A stretch of 32,000 nucleotides of DNA. Origin: Alkanindiges sp. WGS2144. Its GTDB lineage: Bacteria; Pseudomonadota; Gammaproteobacteria; Pseudomonadales; Moraxellaceae. Both the position numbers and the translations under genes were made by a program. The stretch is taken from the NCBI RefSeq assembly GCF_043950625.1, contig NZ_CP171007.1, one strand, 5' to 3'. Below the pieces are notes generated by a model that ran no database searches, was not told where the DNA came from, and saw nothing but the letters and a program-made list of their open reading frames with translations. Positions 20,272 through 29,486 of this stretch are shown one piece after another (the first letter of the stretch is position 1; the number at the start of each line of letters is the position of its first letter).

Positions 20272-21063
20272 CTATACCTTGTTGTTGACGGGCTGAGCAG
20301 TTACGCGCCTGTAGTGCTGTTCAGTGGCTTCCAGCACAAAATCAATGGCACGATTAAGCATATCATTGGCGGGTTTAAAGGTATCCAGCGAGCTATCCAT
20401 TAATTCATGGAATGACTGAATATAAGTACCATCCTTGTTTTCCATATCAGGTTTTTCTTCCAGAAATAAAGCCAGGTTAACGGGGGTAATTTCCGGGTGG
20501 AACTGAAAGGCCAGCACATTATGCTTGTACTGATAAGCCTGATTGGGACAGGCAGCGCTCCCAGCCAGCAGCACTGCCCCTTCTGGCAACTCAAAGGTTT
20601 CGTTATGCCAGCTTAATGCCAGCAGGTCATCAGGAAACTCAAAAATATGCTGACTACTGTCATGCTGGGCGGCTCCGTCAACTTTAAAAATAGACCACCA
20701 GCCAATTTCCTCGTATTTATTTTTGTGTACATTGGCACCCATACAACTGGCGATCAGCTGACTGCCTAAACACAGGCCAATCACTGGTTTATTCTTGGCC
20801 ATAAACTCGCGAATCCATTGTTTTTCCTGCTTCAGCCAGGGGTAGATTGCTTCATCATTGACGCTCATGACGCCGCCCATGATAATCAGCAGATCCACTT
20901 CATCAATATCAGGAAGATGGCTGGCCTGCTGACCTTTTTCCAGTGCAAAAAATTCTGTATGGCCAAGCACCGCACCTTTTTCTTTTAAGTAATGTTCAGG
21001 ACTGCCATAACCTTCGTGGATAATATGCTGAAAATAATGTACACGTAGGGATACTTGCTGCAT
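20272..21063 (-). CDS. class-I (type 1) glutamine amidotransferase-domain protein
   Basis: Nucleophile elbow VIGLCLGSQLIA and the His/Glu element AFQFHPE, with a GMP-synthase-N-domain-like layout; 263 aa. Confidence 0.85.
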   Translation of the reverse strand: MQQVSLRVHYFQHIIHEGYGSPEHYLKEKGAVLGHTEFFALEKGQQASHLPDIDEVDLLIIMGGVMSVNDEAIYPWLKQEKQWIREFMAKNKPVIGLCLGSQLIASCMGANVHKNKYEEIGWWSIFKVDGAAQHDSSQHIFEFPDDLLALSWHNETFELPEGAVLLAGSAACPNQAYQYKHNVLAFQFHPEITPVNLALFLEEKPDMENKDGTYIQSFHELMDSSLDTFKPANDMLNRAIDFVLEATEQHYRRVTAQPVNNKV

Positions 21064-21184
21064 GCCTCACCTTGGGATTACCTGTTACTCCCAGCATATA
21101 GCGCAGCTTTGTTAGCAATGTATGAGCTATGTACAATAAGTTTTGATTATTTATCGGGATCGATGGTTTAAAAGCAATTTTTTC

Positions 21185-22054
21185 TTACCGCTCAGGCTTA
21201 TGGGCAGCCAGTTGACCGACTACATTCATTTGCCTGTTGAGTAAGCGCATCACAAGTTCATATGGCCAGGCAAATTTGCGCTGGAACCAAAAGCCTATAC
21301 GGATATCTGGCGAAGTAAACACCATCCACCGATTATGTTTGACAGCCTGAATAATCTTGCTTGCTACTTTTTCCGGTTTAACAGCATGACGCACAAACCG
21401 CTTGCGTAGCTTTTGTGCCTCTGGATGCTGCATATCTATACCTGCTACCTGAATGGTATGTACCAGTCCTGTGTCCACTGCACCAGGGCAAACCAGGCTA
21501 ACGCCAATGTGGTGGTGACGCAAGTCATGGCGCAAGACTTCTGAAAGACCACGCAAACCAAACTTACTGGCACTATATGCTGCATGCCATGGCAGCGGCA
21601 TCAATGCAGCTGCGGAGGCCACATTGACCAGATGACCACCCTGACCTGCCTTGATCATGGCAGGCACAAAGCTCTCAATCACATGAATTGGACCCATCAA
21701 ATTAACGTCAATTGTGCGCCGCCATTGCTGGTGCTGAAGGTTTTCTACGGTTCCCCAGATCGCGATACCCGCGATATTCATGATAATATCCATACTGCCA
21801 TACGCCTGATGAATGTCCTCGGCAAACGCCTGCACTTCAGTTAAGGCAGAAATATCCAGCGCACGCCACATGGCAACCTGTCCACTAGTCTGTTGAATAG
21901 CATTAACAGTTTCCTGCAATGCTATTTCATCAATATCGGTTAAAAAAAGAATGGCTTCCTCTTGTGCTGCTGCGACAGCCGTTGCCTTGCCAATTCCACT
22001 GGCTGCGCCGGTGATAAAGCATTTTTTACTTTTTAACTGAGGCTGTCCTGCCAT
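21185..22054 (-). CDS. short-chain dehydrogenase/reductase (SDR) family oxidoreductase
   Basis: TGAASGIGKA cofactor motif, NIAGIA, and catalytic YSASK. The start was taken at ATG 22054 (MAGQPQLKSKKCFITGA...) behind AGGGA. The ORF-track start at 22120 adds 22 unsupported residues. Confidence 0.88.
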   Translation of the reverse strand: MAGQPQLKSKKCFITGAASGIGKATAVAAAQEEAILFLTDIDEIALQETVNAIQQTSGQVAMWRALDISALTEVQAFAEDIHQAYGSMDIIMNIAGIAIWGTVENLQHQQWRRTIDVNLMGPIHVIESFVPAMIKAGQGGHLVNVASAAALMPLPWHAAYSASKFGLRGLSEVLRHDLRHHHIGVSLVCPGAVDTGLVHTIQVAGIDMQHPEAQKLRKRFVRHAVKPEKVASKIIQAVKHNRWMVFTSPDIRIGFWFQRKFAWPYELVMRLLNRQMNVVGQLAAHKPER

Positions 22055-22212
22055 GATAATATTCCCTTTTTTGGTGAGTTTTAGCATCTTGCCATTGTCT
22101 TTTTTGAAAATCCAGAACAAAAAATCAACAACGCCAAGTCTGGCTCAAGATTTCTTTTTACAGCTTCTATGTAATACTCCCTGACTACATTGATGTATAC
22201 AGGATAATAATA

Positions 22213-22851
22213 GTGACCGATACAGCTTATGCCATAACAGCCGATCCAATTGCACCAGCTGATGGATGGTTTATACCCGAACAGCGCCTTTGCCCGCCAC
22301 CACCAGCACAACGCGGCGCGTTATTTCGGACACTTTCCAAGGCGTCTGGCTGGTTTGGCCGCTCTGAAATACCGGATGTTTTTCCACTCATCAATATTCA
22401 TCGTGGCCTTTTTCCAGCCTGGCTGTGGTTTGCTTCACGCCTGATGCCATTTGGCAAGTTACCTGCTTCAATTCGTGAGCTGTTAATCCTGCGTACCGCC
22501 TGGAACTGCCGTAGCCGTTATGAGTGGGGACAACATGTGGAAGTTGCATTATCGGTCGGGATGACAGATGCCGACATTTTAGCTGCCACGTTATCCACTC
22601 CTGAACAATGCAGTGATCCCAAGGTACGGGCTGCCCTGCTATCGTGCGATGAATTGTGCCGTAATCACTACATTAGCGAGGCAACATGGCAACAGTTAAG
22701 CCATGAATTTAAGCCTGCCTATTGTATGGAAATCATGATGCTGGTCGGTCATTATCAAATGCTGGCTGGCGTTATCAATAGTGCCGGATTAGCACTAGAA
22801 CCCGCGATGGAAGCCAAGCTTCAGGCCTTTTATCAGCGGATCAGCGTATAA
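22213..22851 (+). CDS. carboxymuconolactone decarboxylase (AhpD-like) family protein
   Basis: LILRTAWNCRSRYEWGQHVEVALSVGMTDADI is the characteristic CMD-domain core. The start is GTG 22213, 8 nt after AGGA. Confidence 0.8.
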   Translation: MTDTAYAITADPIAPADGWFIPEQRLCPPPPAQRGALFRTLSKASGWFGRSEIPDVFPLINIHRGLFPAWLWFASRLMPFGKLPASIRELLILRTAWNCRSRYEWGQHVEVALSVGMTDADILAATLSTPEQCSDPKVRAALLSCDELCRNHYISEATWQQLSHEFKPAYCMEIMMLVGHYQMLAGVINSAGLALEPAMEAKLQAFYQRISV

Positions 22852-22911
22852 CACCTGCCCCGTAAAGAACGTCCTATTTTTTCAATTTACTCAAACTTTA
22901 ATCAGCCTGCC

Positions 22912-24105
22912 ATGTCCACTACATTTACCCCTGTAACCCGCCTGATTCATCCACAAAAAACTGTGCCCGATGGCTTTAGGGCCGTGCAACCGCCAGTGTA
23001 TCGCGCCTCTACTGTATTTTTTGAAGATACCTCTGCCATGCGCAAACGGCACTGGCAGGATGATTATGACTACAGTTATGGCTTGCATGGCACTCCGACT
23101 ACCTATGCACTGGCTGATCGTATTGCTGAGCTTGAAGGCGGTAAATACTGCATTTTAGCACCCAGTGGTTTATCCGCTATTAGTCTGGTCAATCTGAGTT
23201 TTTTGAACACGGGTGATGAGGTCTGGCTACCGGATAATGTGTACGGCCCCAATAAAGACTTGATTAAGCAGTTGCATCAGCAATATGGCGTGGATTATCG
23301 GCTTTATGACCCACTGGACGTTGCAAGCTTTAAACCGGGTACCAAAGCCCGTTTGATCTGGCTGGAGGCAGCAGGTTCAGTCACACTGGAATTTCCAGAC
23401 CTGTGTGGCCTGGTTAAAAAAGCGCAGGCTGCCGGTGTGCTGACTGTACTGGACAACACCTGGGGTGCTGGGCTGGCATTTTGTCCTTTTGATTTTGGGG
23501 CAGAACATTTAAGCGTAGATATCAGCATACACGCGCTGACCAAGTATCCGAGTGGGGGCGCAGATATCCTGATGGGCAGTGTGGTTAGCCGGCAGCGCGA
23601 CTTACACCTGCAATTGCTACGCACCCATGCCCTGCACGGCACCGGAATTAGCGGCGATGATGCAGAACGGGTGATTCGCAGCTTGGCCAGTTTACCGCTA
23701 CGCTATGAGCAGCAAAATAAAAATACCCGCCTGCTGGCAGACTGGTTACAGCAACAACAGTATTTTTCGGCAGTGCTGCATCCTGCGCTGGCAGAGGCTG
23801 CCGGGCACGCATTCTGGCAGCAGGTCTGTGGTCAGTCAAAGCAGGGTGCCGGTCTGGTCAGTGTGTTATTTAAACCGGAATATTCCCTAACCCAGATTGA
23901 TGCGTTTTGTGATGCCTTGCAGTTATTCAAGCTGGGCTTTAGCTGGGGTGGGCCTGTGAGTCTAGTGATGTCTTATGATCTGGCCAGTATGCGGGCTTTA
24001 GCAGCACCACAGCAAGGTCGCTATCTGCTGCGCTTTTGTGTGGGGCTGGAGGATATTGAAGACCTAAAGGCTGATCTAGCGCAGGCCATGCGGGTTTCTG
24101 CCTAA
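22912..24105 (+). CDS. metC: cystathionine beta-lyase (PLP-dependent Cys/Met metabolism family)
   Basis: YGLHGTPTTYALADRIAELEGG, VLDNTWGAG, and the PLP lysine context SIHALTKYPSGGADILMGS. At 397 aa it aligns by eye with E. coli MetC along its whole length. Confidence 0.85.
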   Translation: MSTTFTPVTRLIHPQKTVPDGFRAVQPPVYRASTVFFEDTSAMRKRHWQDDYDYSYGLHGTPTTYALADRIAELEGGKYCILAPSGLSAISLVNLSFLNTGDEVWLPDNVYGPNKDLIKQLHQQYGVDYRLYDPLDVASFKPGTKARLIWLEAAGSVTLEFPDLCGLVKKAQAAGVLTVLDNTWGAGLAFCPFDFGAEHLSVDISIHALTKYPSGGADILMGSVVSRQRDLHLQLLRTHALHGTGISGDDAERVIRSLASLPLRYEQQNKNTRLLADWLQQQQYFSAVLHPALAEAAGHAFWQQVCGQSKQGAGLVSVLFKPEYSLTQIDAFCDALQLFKLGFSWGGPVSLVMSYDLASMRALAAPQQGRYLLRFCVGLEDIEDLKADLAQAMRVSA

Positions 24106-24152
24106 AATTTTAAGGTTTTTTAATCATTAAAACTTTATATGCAAAAAGCAGA

Positions 24153-24182
24153 TTGACAAGTGAAACTTAAAAGATGTATTTT
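24153..24182 (+). promoter_or_regulatory. Candidate sigma70 promoter of hmp
   Basis: TTGACA (24153-24158), 18-nt spacer, TATTTT (24177-24182), 44 nt upstream of the hmp ATG. The NsrR box overlaps it. Confidence 0.55.
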
Positions 24183-24193
24183 TAATACATTTT
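24171..24193. promoter_or_regulatory. NsrR operator (11-1-11 inverted repeat)
   Basis: In AAGATGTATTT-T-TAATACATTTT the left half matches the AAGATGyATTT half-site described for NsrR. The reverse complement of the right half, AAAATGTATTA, matches the left at 9/11 positions. The site overlaps the -10 of hmp, and nsrR is encoded just downstream. Confidence 0.78.
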
Positions 24194-24225
24194 ATATATT
24201 TCCTTCCCAAGCTGAGCAATTTGCT

Positions 24226-25443
24226 ATGTTAACTGAAAGCCAAAAAGATCTCGTCAAAGCCACAGTTCCTGTTTTACGTGAAAATGGCGTGGCCTTAACC
24301 AGCCATTTTTATAACCGTATGCTGGGCAATAACCCTCACTTAAAAGAGACGTTTAACCTGGGGCATCAGCGTAGTGGCGCACAGGCACAGGCGCTGGCAG
24401 GTGCAGTACTGGCCTATGCTGAAAACATCGACGACCCCTCTGTGCTGGCTCCGGTTATTGAGCTGATTGCCCACAAACACGTCAGCCTGAACATTCAAGC
24501 ACCTGATTACAATATCGTGGGTGAAAACCTGTTACATTCCATTAGCGAAGTGTTAAGCATTTCTATGGAAGATGAGCTGATCAAGGCATGGGGCGAGGCT
24601 TATGGCCAGCTGGCTAATGTGTTTATTGACGCTGAGAAGAAAATCTACAATGAGCACGCGCAGACTGAAGGCAGCTGGCTGGGCTGGCGCAAGTTTAAAG
24701 TGGCAAAAAAAGTACCGGAAAGCAGTGAGATTACTTCGTTTTACCTACAGCCCAGTGATGGCGGCAAACTGCCTCCGCATCAGGCTGGTCAATATATTTC
24801 TGTGCGTATTCATGTGCCAGAACTGGAGTTGAAACAGCCACGTCAATATACGCTGTCTGATAGCCCGCAACCAGACTACCTACGTATCTCTGTGAAGCGT
24901 GAAGATGCCAAAGATGATAAAGTGGGCGGCTGGGTGTCCAACACCTTGCACCGTGATATCCAGGAAGGTGATGAAATTGAAGTGTCTGCGCCGACGGGTA
25001 ACTTCTTCCTGTTTGACAGCAACAAGAAAAACGTACTGATTAGCGGTGGTGTGGGCTTAACCCCCATGGTTGCAATGTTAAATCATCTGGTCAGCTTGAA
25101 CATGCCACAATCGGTGCAGTTTATTCATGCTTGCCGCAATAGTAATGTGCATGCCATGAAGCAACACCTTAAGGATTTAAAAGCTGAGCATCCACAGCTA
25201 AGTACGCTGACTGCTTATGAGTTTCCACAGGAAACTGATGTGCAGGGTGAGGACTACGATGTGGCTGGCCGCCTGAATCTGGCTGGGCTTTCTGATGAGC
25301 AACTACCCAAGGACGCTGACTACTACCTGTGCGGCCCGGTTCCTTTTATGCAGGAACAGCATAAGGCACTGGTCAGTCGCGGTATCAAGCCTGAGCAAAT
25401 TCATACTGAGGCATTTGGAACCGGCGGTGTAAACTTTAGCTAA
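24226..25443 (+). CDS. hmp: flavohaemoglobin / nitric oxide dioxygenase
   Basis: N-terminal globin (MLTESQKDLVKATVPVLRENGVALTSHFYNRML) plus an FNR-like reductase (RQYTLS FAD motif, GGVGLTPM NAD motif). The start is ATG 24226; the ORF-track start at 24160 lies on the operator/promoter. Confidence 0.93.
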   Translation: MLTESQKDLVKATVPVLRENGVALTSHFYNRMLGNNPHLKETFNLGHQRSGAQAQALAGAVLAYAENIDDPSVLAPVIELIAHKHVSLNIQAPDYNIVGENLLHSISEVLSISMEDELIKAWGEAYGQLANVFIDAEKKIYNEHAQTEGSWLGWRKFKVAKKVPESSEITSFYLQPSDGGKLPPHQAGQYISVRIHVPELELKQPRQYTLSDSPQPDYLRISVKREDAKDDKVGGWVSNTLHRDIQEGDEIEVSAPTGNFFLFDSNKKNVLISGGVGLTPMVAMLNHLVSLNMPQSVQFIHACRNSNVHAMKQHLKDLKAEHPQLSTLTAYEFPQETDVQGEDYDVAGRLNLAGLSDEQLPKDADYYLCGPVPFMQEQHKALVSRGIKPEQIHTEAFGTGGVNFS

Positions 25444-25524
25444 TTGCCAGTTTTTAGGTCATAATGGCTGGGCATGGCAATTAGCAGTAAGCTTTAACCA
25501 GCCATAGGCTGACAGTAGTGATTT

Positions 25525-25562
25525 CAGGGCTAGCCTGTGTTAGGACTAGCCCTGTATTTTTT
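25525..25562 (+). terminator. Rho-independent terminator of hmp
   Basis: CAGGGCTAG-(12 nt)-CTAGCCCTG followed by tatttttt. Confidence 0.75.
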
Positions 25563-25622
25563 AACCTGCCATTTATCAGGTTTTGTATCCACCGACTTTA
25601 CTGGAATGTTTATTATTAGATT

Positions 25623-26114
25623 ATGCAAATCAGCCGTTTTACCGATCTTGGCCTGCGGGTTTTAATGTATTTAACCCAGCCAGCACGTGCCACGCCATTC
25701 ACCATTAATGAAATGGCCAATGAGCTTATGGTGTCGCATAATCACCTGATGAAAGTCGTGCATTTTATGGCAAAACAGGGCTGGATCATTACCATACGCG
25801 GCAAAGGCGGTGGAATTCGTCTGGCACAGTCATCTCAGGAGTACCGGCTGGGGCGTACCATTAAAACCCTTGAGCAGAATCATACGCTGGTAGATTGTGG
25901 TACACCGCCTTGTATTTTACGCAATACCTGCACCTTAAAATCAGCACTGGATAGTGCCCTGCAAGTGTTTTTTGACCACCTTGATCAATACACGCTGGCC
26001 GATATGATAAAAATGCCGGTGCAGCAGGCCTTTCATTCTAAAAACCGTATTCCGGTGCTCGATTTGATGAGTAACCTGCAAGACATAAACCCTAAAAGCC
26101 TGCCCACCACATAA
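25623..26114 (+). CDS. nsrR: Rrf2-family NO-sensing transcriptional repressor NsrR
   Basis: MQISRFTDLGLRVLMYL... is an Rrf2 wHTH. The three-Cys cluster C-x4-C-x5-C (VDCGTPPCILRNTC) has the same spacing as the E. coli NsrR Fe-S ligands. The gene is adjacent to hmp, which carries an NsrR box. Confidence 0.88.
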   Translation: MQISRFTDLGLRVLMYLTQPARATPFTINEMANELMVSHNHLMKVVHFMAKQGWIITIRGKGGGIRLAQSSQEYRLGRTIKTLEQNHTLVDCGTPPCILRNTCTLKSALDSALQVFFDHLDQYTLADMIKMPVQQAFHSKNRIPVLDLMSNLQDINPKSLPTT

Positions 26115-26189
26115 AAAGGCGACTCTTTTCGCCAATCTGGCCTAAACCTTATATACTTTATATTCCCAGTCTATCTTTAAAGCACAGTC

Positions 26190-27032
26190 ATGCATGCCAA
26201 GCCCAAGAAATCCGCGCCAGCCAAAAAAAACTTTCAAAAGATTTCTTATGCCAAAAAACCTGATGCAGCAACCAATGCTTATGCCAGCAGTGCCCTGAAC
26301 TGGCTGCGTCAGGCTGAGTTTTTAATGAGCGCACCCAAGCTCAGCCTGTGCGTGGAAGATAGCGGCTTTGAGGTGGCCTTTGCTGGCCGCTCCAACGCAG
26401 GTAAATCCAGTGCCATTAATAGCCTGACCAACCAAAAGCAGCTGGCTCGAGCGTCCAAGCGACCTGGCCGCACGCAAATGATCAACTTTTTTAGTCTGGG
26501 TAATCCTGACCAGCGTCTGGTAGATTTGCCCGGTTATGGCTATGCTGCCGTGCCAGAAGATATGAAGCTGTTATGGCAAAAAGAACTGGAAGCTTATTTG
26601 ATTCATCGCAAGAGCTTGACCGGGTTGGTACTGCTGATGGATGTGCGCCACCCTTTGCAGCATTTTGACCGTATGATGCTGGAGTGGGCCAAGACCCGGC
26701 ATTTGTTTGTACATATTTTACTGACCAAAGCCGACAAGCTGAATCGTGGCCCGGCCAGTGCAACCCTGCAAATGGTTAAAAGTGAGCTTAAAAAAATGAA
26801 ACTGGATTTTTCTATTCAGTTGTTTTCATCACTCAATAAACAGGGACTGGAAGAGCTGGCCATGGTAATGGCAGGTCGCCTCAATTATGTGCTGGATGAA
26901 ACCGGCAAGGCGATTAATCTGGCACAAAATGACCCTGACTTGTCAGTAAATGAAGGGCTACATCCGGATATCACGCTTGAGGGTATTCATATTGACGATA
27001 TTCCGGAACTCAGTGATGACGACATCGACTAG
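26190..27032 (+). CDS. engB: ribosome-biogenesis GTPase EngB/YihA, with Lys-rich N-terminal and acidic C-terminal extensions
   Basis: G1 [10 protein letters not shown]3 DLPGYGYA, G4 TKADK. The core aligns with E. coli YihA from FLMSAPK onward. At 280 aa it is about 70 aa longer than the E. coli protein (~210 aa). Confidence 0.9.
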   Translation: MHAKPKKSAPAKKNFQKISYAKKPDAATNAYASSALNWLRQAEFLMSAPKLSLCVEDSGFEVAFAGRSNAGKSSAINSLTNQKQLARASKRPGRTQMINFFSLGNPDQRLVDLPGYGYAAVPEDMKLLWQKELEAYLIHRKSLTGLVLLMDVRHPLQHFDRMMLEWAKTRHLFVHILLTKADKLNRGPASATLQMVKSELKKMKLDFSIQLFSSLNKQGLEELAMVMAGRLNYVLDETGKAINLAQNDPDLSVNEGLHPDITLEGIHIDDIPELSDDDID

Positions 27033-27065
27033 TCCTCAATAAGGCGCAGACTAAAATACCGGCCG

Positions 27066-28337
27066 TCAGGTTGAGGAGTTCAAGTCTGCTGAGTCTGATG
27101 TGGTTCCCGTCCACTTTTGTACCACCACACTAATCATGATATCGCCCTGCACATTGACCACAGTGCGTACAGTATCAAGTATGCGGTCAATGGGCAGCAA
27201 TATCGCCACTGCCTCGGCAGGCAGGCCTACTGACTGCAAGACCATAATCATGGTCACCATACCGGCGCTGGGAATACCCGGTGCACCCATAGAGGCAATC
27301 ATAGCAGTCAGACACACCACTACCTGCTGACCAATGCTTAGATCCAGCCCAACCAGATTGGCCACAAATAGCGCTGCTGCAGCCTCATACAGTGCGGTGC
27401 CATCCATATTGACTTGTGAACCCAAGGGCACCACAAAACCAGCAATATTTTGATGCACACCCAGATTTTCCCGGGCGCACTGCATACTCACCGGCATGGT
27501 GGCCGAGCTGGAACTGGTGGCAAAAGCAGTAATTAAGGCCGGACGCGCACCGCGAAAAAACTTGAGTGGCGACATACGGCCAAAAATCCACAGCAAGACA
27601 GGCAAAATCACCACGCCATGAAAAATGGTTGTACCAGTCACCACCGCTGCAAACTGAGCCAGACTGCCCAGTACTGCCAGATTCTCACTCACAATAAGTT
27701 TGGCCAGCAGAGCAAAAATACCAATGGGCGCCAGCAGCATGATCCAGCCCACAATGTGCATGATCAGCTGGAAGGCCTGATTTAAAAAAGTATTAATGGT
27801 TTCATAGCGCTTGCCACCGGCAACCAGCGCTGCACCGATCAGCACGGCAAATAGCACCACCGCCAGCACATTATTAGTACTCATGGCAGCAAAGGGATTG
27901 ACCAGCACGCCATTAATAAACTGCCCAATAAATTCGGTAGGCGTAAACTGCTGCTTAGCTTCAAACCCGGCCATGGCTTCCTGAAACAGGGCAATATTTA
28001 GATCCTTGCCCGGCTCAAACAAGTGCGCCGCCATAATCCCGATGGTCACTGCAATAGCAGTGGTACTCAGCACACAAATAGCGGTTATTTTCCAGACCCG
28101 ATGGATTTGTGCATGTGCCTGTAGGCTGGATATACCTACTACAATAGAAGTGAAAATCAGTGGGATTAAAATCAGCTTGAGCAATCCGATAAAAATACTG
28201 CTGGCAATGCCCAGGGCATACAGACTAGCACCATAAAAACCGGACTGGGCTGGCAAGTGGTTTAAAAACAAACCAAACAAGATGCCCAGCACAGCAGCTA
28301 GCAAAATTTGTCCATTTAAGGTTTTTATAAAAGCCAT
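27066..28337 (-). CDS. dicarboxylate/amino acid:cation symporter (DAACS/SDF family)
   Basis: Multi-TM protein with ATSSSSATMPV, VPLGSQVNMDGTALY and GIPSAGMVTM...DRILDTVRTVVNVQGD, the conserved GltP/DctA-type segments. ATG 28337 is preferred over the TTG at 28343. Confidence 0.88.
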   Translation of the reverse strand: MAFIKTLNGQILLAAVLGILFGLFLNHLPAQSGFYGASLYALGIASSIFIGLLKLILIPLIFTSIVVGISSLQAHAQIHRVWKITAICVLSTTAIAVTIGIMAAHLFEPGKDLNIALFQEAMAGFEAKQQFTPTEFIGQFINGVLVNPFAAMSTNNVLAVVLFAVLIGAALVAGGKRYETINTFLNQAFQLIMHIVGWIMLLAPIGIFALLAKLIVSENLAVLGSLAQFAAVVTGTTIFHGVVILPVLLWIFGRMSPLKFFRGARPALITAFATSSSSATMPVSMQCARENLGVHQNIAGFVVPLGSQVNMDGTALYEAAAALFVANLVGLDLSIGQQVVVCLTAMIASMGAPGIPSAGMVTMIMVLQSVGLPAEAVAILLPIDRILDTVRTVVNVQGDIMISVVVQKWTGTTSDSADLNSST

Positions 28338-28410
28338 GGTCAACGACTAACTCATCCGTAACACTTCATCATGGCTTGAATTATCCAGCCTGTAAAATTT
28401 TTTTTGCAAA

Positions 28411-28443
28411 GATAAAAAATGATCCAGTGAGATTACCGGATCA
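28411..28443 (-). terminator. Possible weak terminator after tesB
   Basis: Minus strand: TGATCC-(12 nt)-GGATCA followed by ttttttatc. The stem is only 6 bp. Confidence 0.4.
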
Positions 28444-28481
28444 GGAATAATAAAAAACCAGTATTTATTAAGTACTTTGGA

Positions 28482-29345
28482 TTAACGTTCTTCGGTTTCA
28501 CGTAAACGCATCAGGCCTTCTTGTACAGTGCTGGCCACCAGTTCTCCATTTTGCCAGATACGGCCAAAATTAAGGCCACGTGCGCTAGCAGTCACGGTGG
28601 CGTCCATATCATGCAGTAGCCATTCATCGGCACGTACTGGCTTATGGAAATAAATCGTATGATCCAGACTGGCAGCTTGCAGGTTTGGTGTCATAAAACT
28701 AATACCATGCGGCATCAAGCCCACCCCCATCAGGGAAAAATCCGAACTAAACGCCACAATAGCCTGATGCAGGCTGGGGTCATCCGGCAGAGTATCCCAG
28801 GTTTTCATCCAGTGTGCACGCGAGGGGGCTTCAGGTTGGGGGGCAAATGGATTGGTGACATTAATATAACGCAGGTCAATATGACGCTCACGCATGAAAT
28901 TAACCCGTACATTTTCCGGCAGAAAATTAACTAGGGATTCCTTGAGCTCCTGTTCCGGCTTTAGGCTCTCCGGTGCGGCATATTCTGGTTCAGCAGCCTG
29001 ATACTTTAAGCCCTCCTCCAGGGGAGCAAAAGAAATCAAGGCAGTAAAAATGATCTTGCCATGCTGGATTGCATGTACCTGCCGGCTAACAAAGCTCTTG
29101 CCATCGCGCAGGTTTTCAACCTGATAAATAATGGGTGCTTTTACATCACCACCATGCAGGAAGTACGCATGCAGGGAATGTGCCGGGCGATCTGTGGTTT
29201 GGGCAGCGGCACGTAATGCCTGCCCTAACACCTGTCCACCAAACACTCGCTTGCCCACAAGGTTACGACTTATGCCACGGAATAGATTTTCTTCCAGCTT
29301 TTCCAGCGTGAGTAGGTCAACCAGTTCAGTCGTTAATTGATTCAT
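28482..29345 (-). CDS. tesB: acyl-CoA thioesterase II
   Basis: LLTLEKLEENLFRGISRNLVGKRVFGGQVLGQAL... parallels the E. coli TesB N-terminus; 287 aa with a double hotdog layout. Confidence 0.92.
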   Translation of the reverse strand: MNQLTTELVDLLTLEKLEENLFRGISRNLVGKRVFGGQVLGQALRAAAQTTDRPAHSLHAYFLHGGDVKAPIIYQVENLRDGKSFVSRQVHAIQHGKIIFTALISFAPLEEGLKYQAAEPEYAAPESLKPEQELKESLVNFLPENVRVNFMRERHIDLRYINVTNPFAPQPEAPSRAHWMKTWDTLPDDPSLHQAIVAFSSDFSLMGVGLMPHGISFMTPNLQAASLDHTIYFHKPVRADEWLLHDMDATVTASARGLNFGRIWQNGELVASTVQEGLMRLRETEER

Positions 29346-29486
29346 CTTAATCCTGCATTAAAACTCATGTTTTGCCGTTTACCATACCCAAAGCGCCGAT
29401 AAATGCAGGCAAAAAACATGACTGGGTAGTAATGCCAGCCAGTATAGCAAAATAAAATAATGAATTGCGGTACGCCAGTTCGCACC

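Noticed and set aside
22081-22311. 76-aa minus-strand ORF in the SDR/CMD divergent region, and the 22-residue N-terminal extension of the SDR ORF
   Set aside because: It overlaps the start of the CMD gene on the other strand. It has Cys/Trp/Tyr-rich composition and no SD. The SDR has a well-placed ATG at 22054 immediately before its TGxxxGxG motif.
26118-26133. Small hairpin GGCGA-ctcttt-TCGCC just after nsrR
   Set aside because: The stem is only 5 bp and no T-tract follows on the plus strand. The T-tract is on the wrong strand for any nearby gene. This is insufficient for a terminator call.
29352-29420. Interleaved inverted repeats (CCTGCATT/AATGCAGG and CATGTTTTGCC/GGCAAAAAACATG) between corA and tesB, considered as a corA terminator
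   Set aside because: The two pairings are mutually exclusive. The better one has a 2-nt bulge and a ~31-nt loop, and only a short interrupted T-stretch follows, so it is not a canonical terminator. I leave it unannotated.
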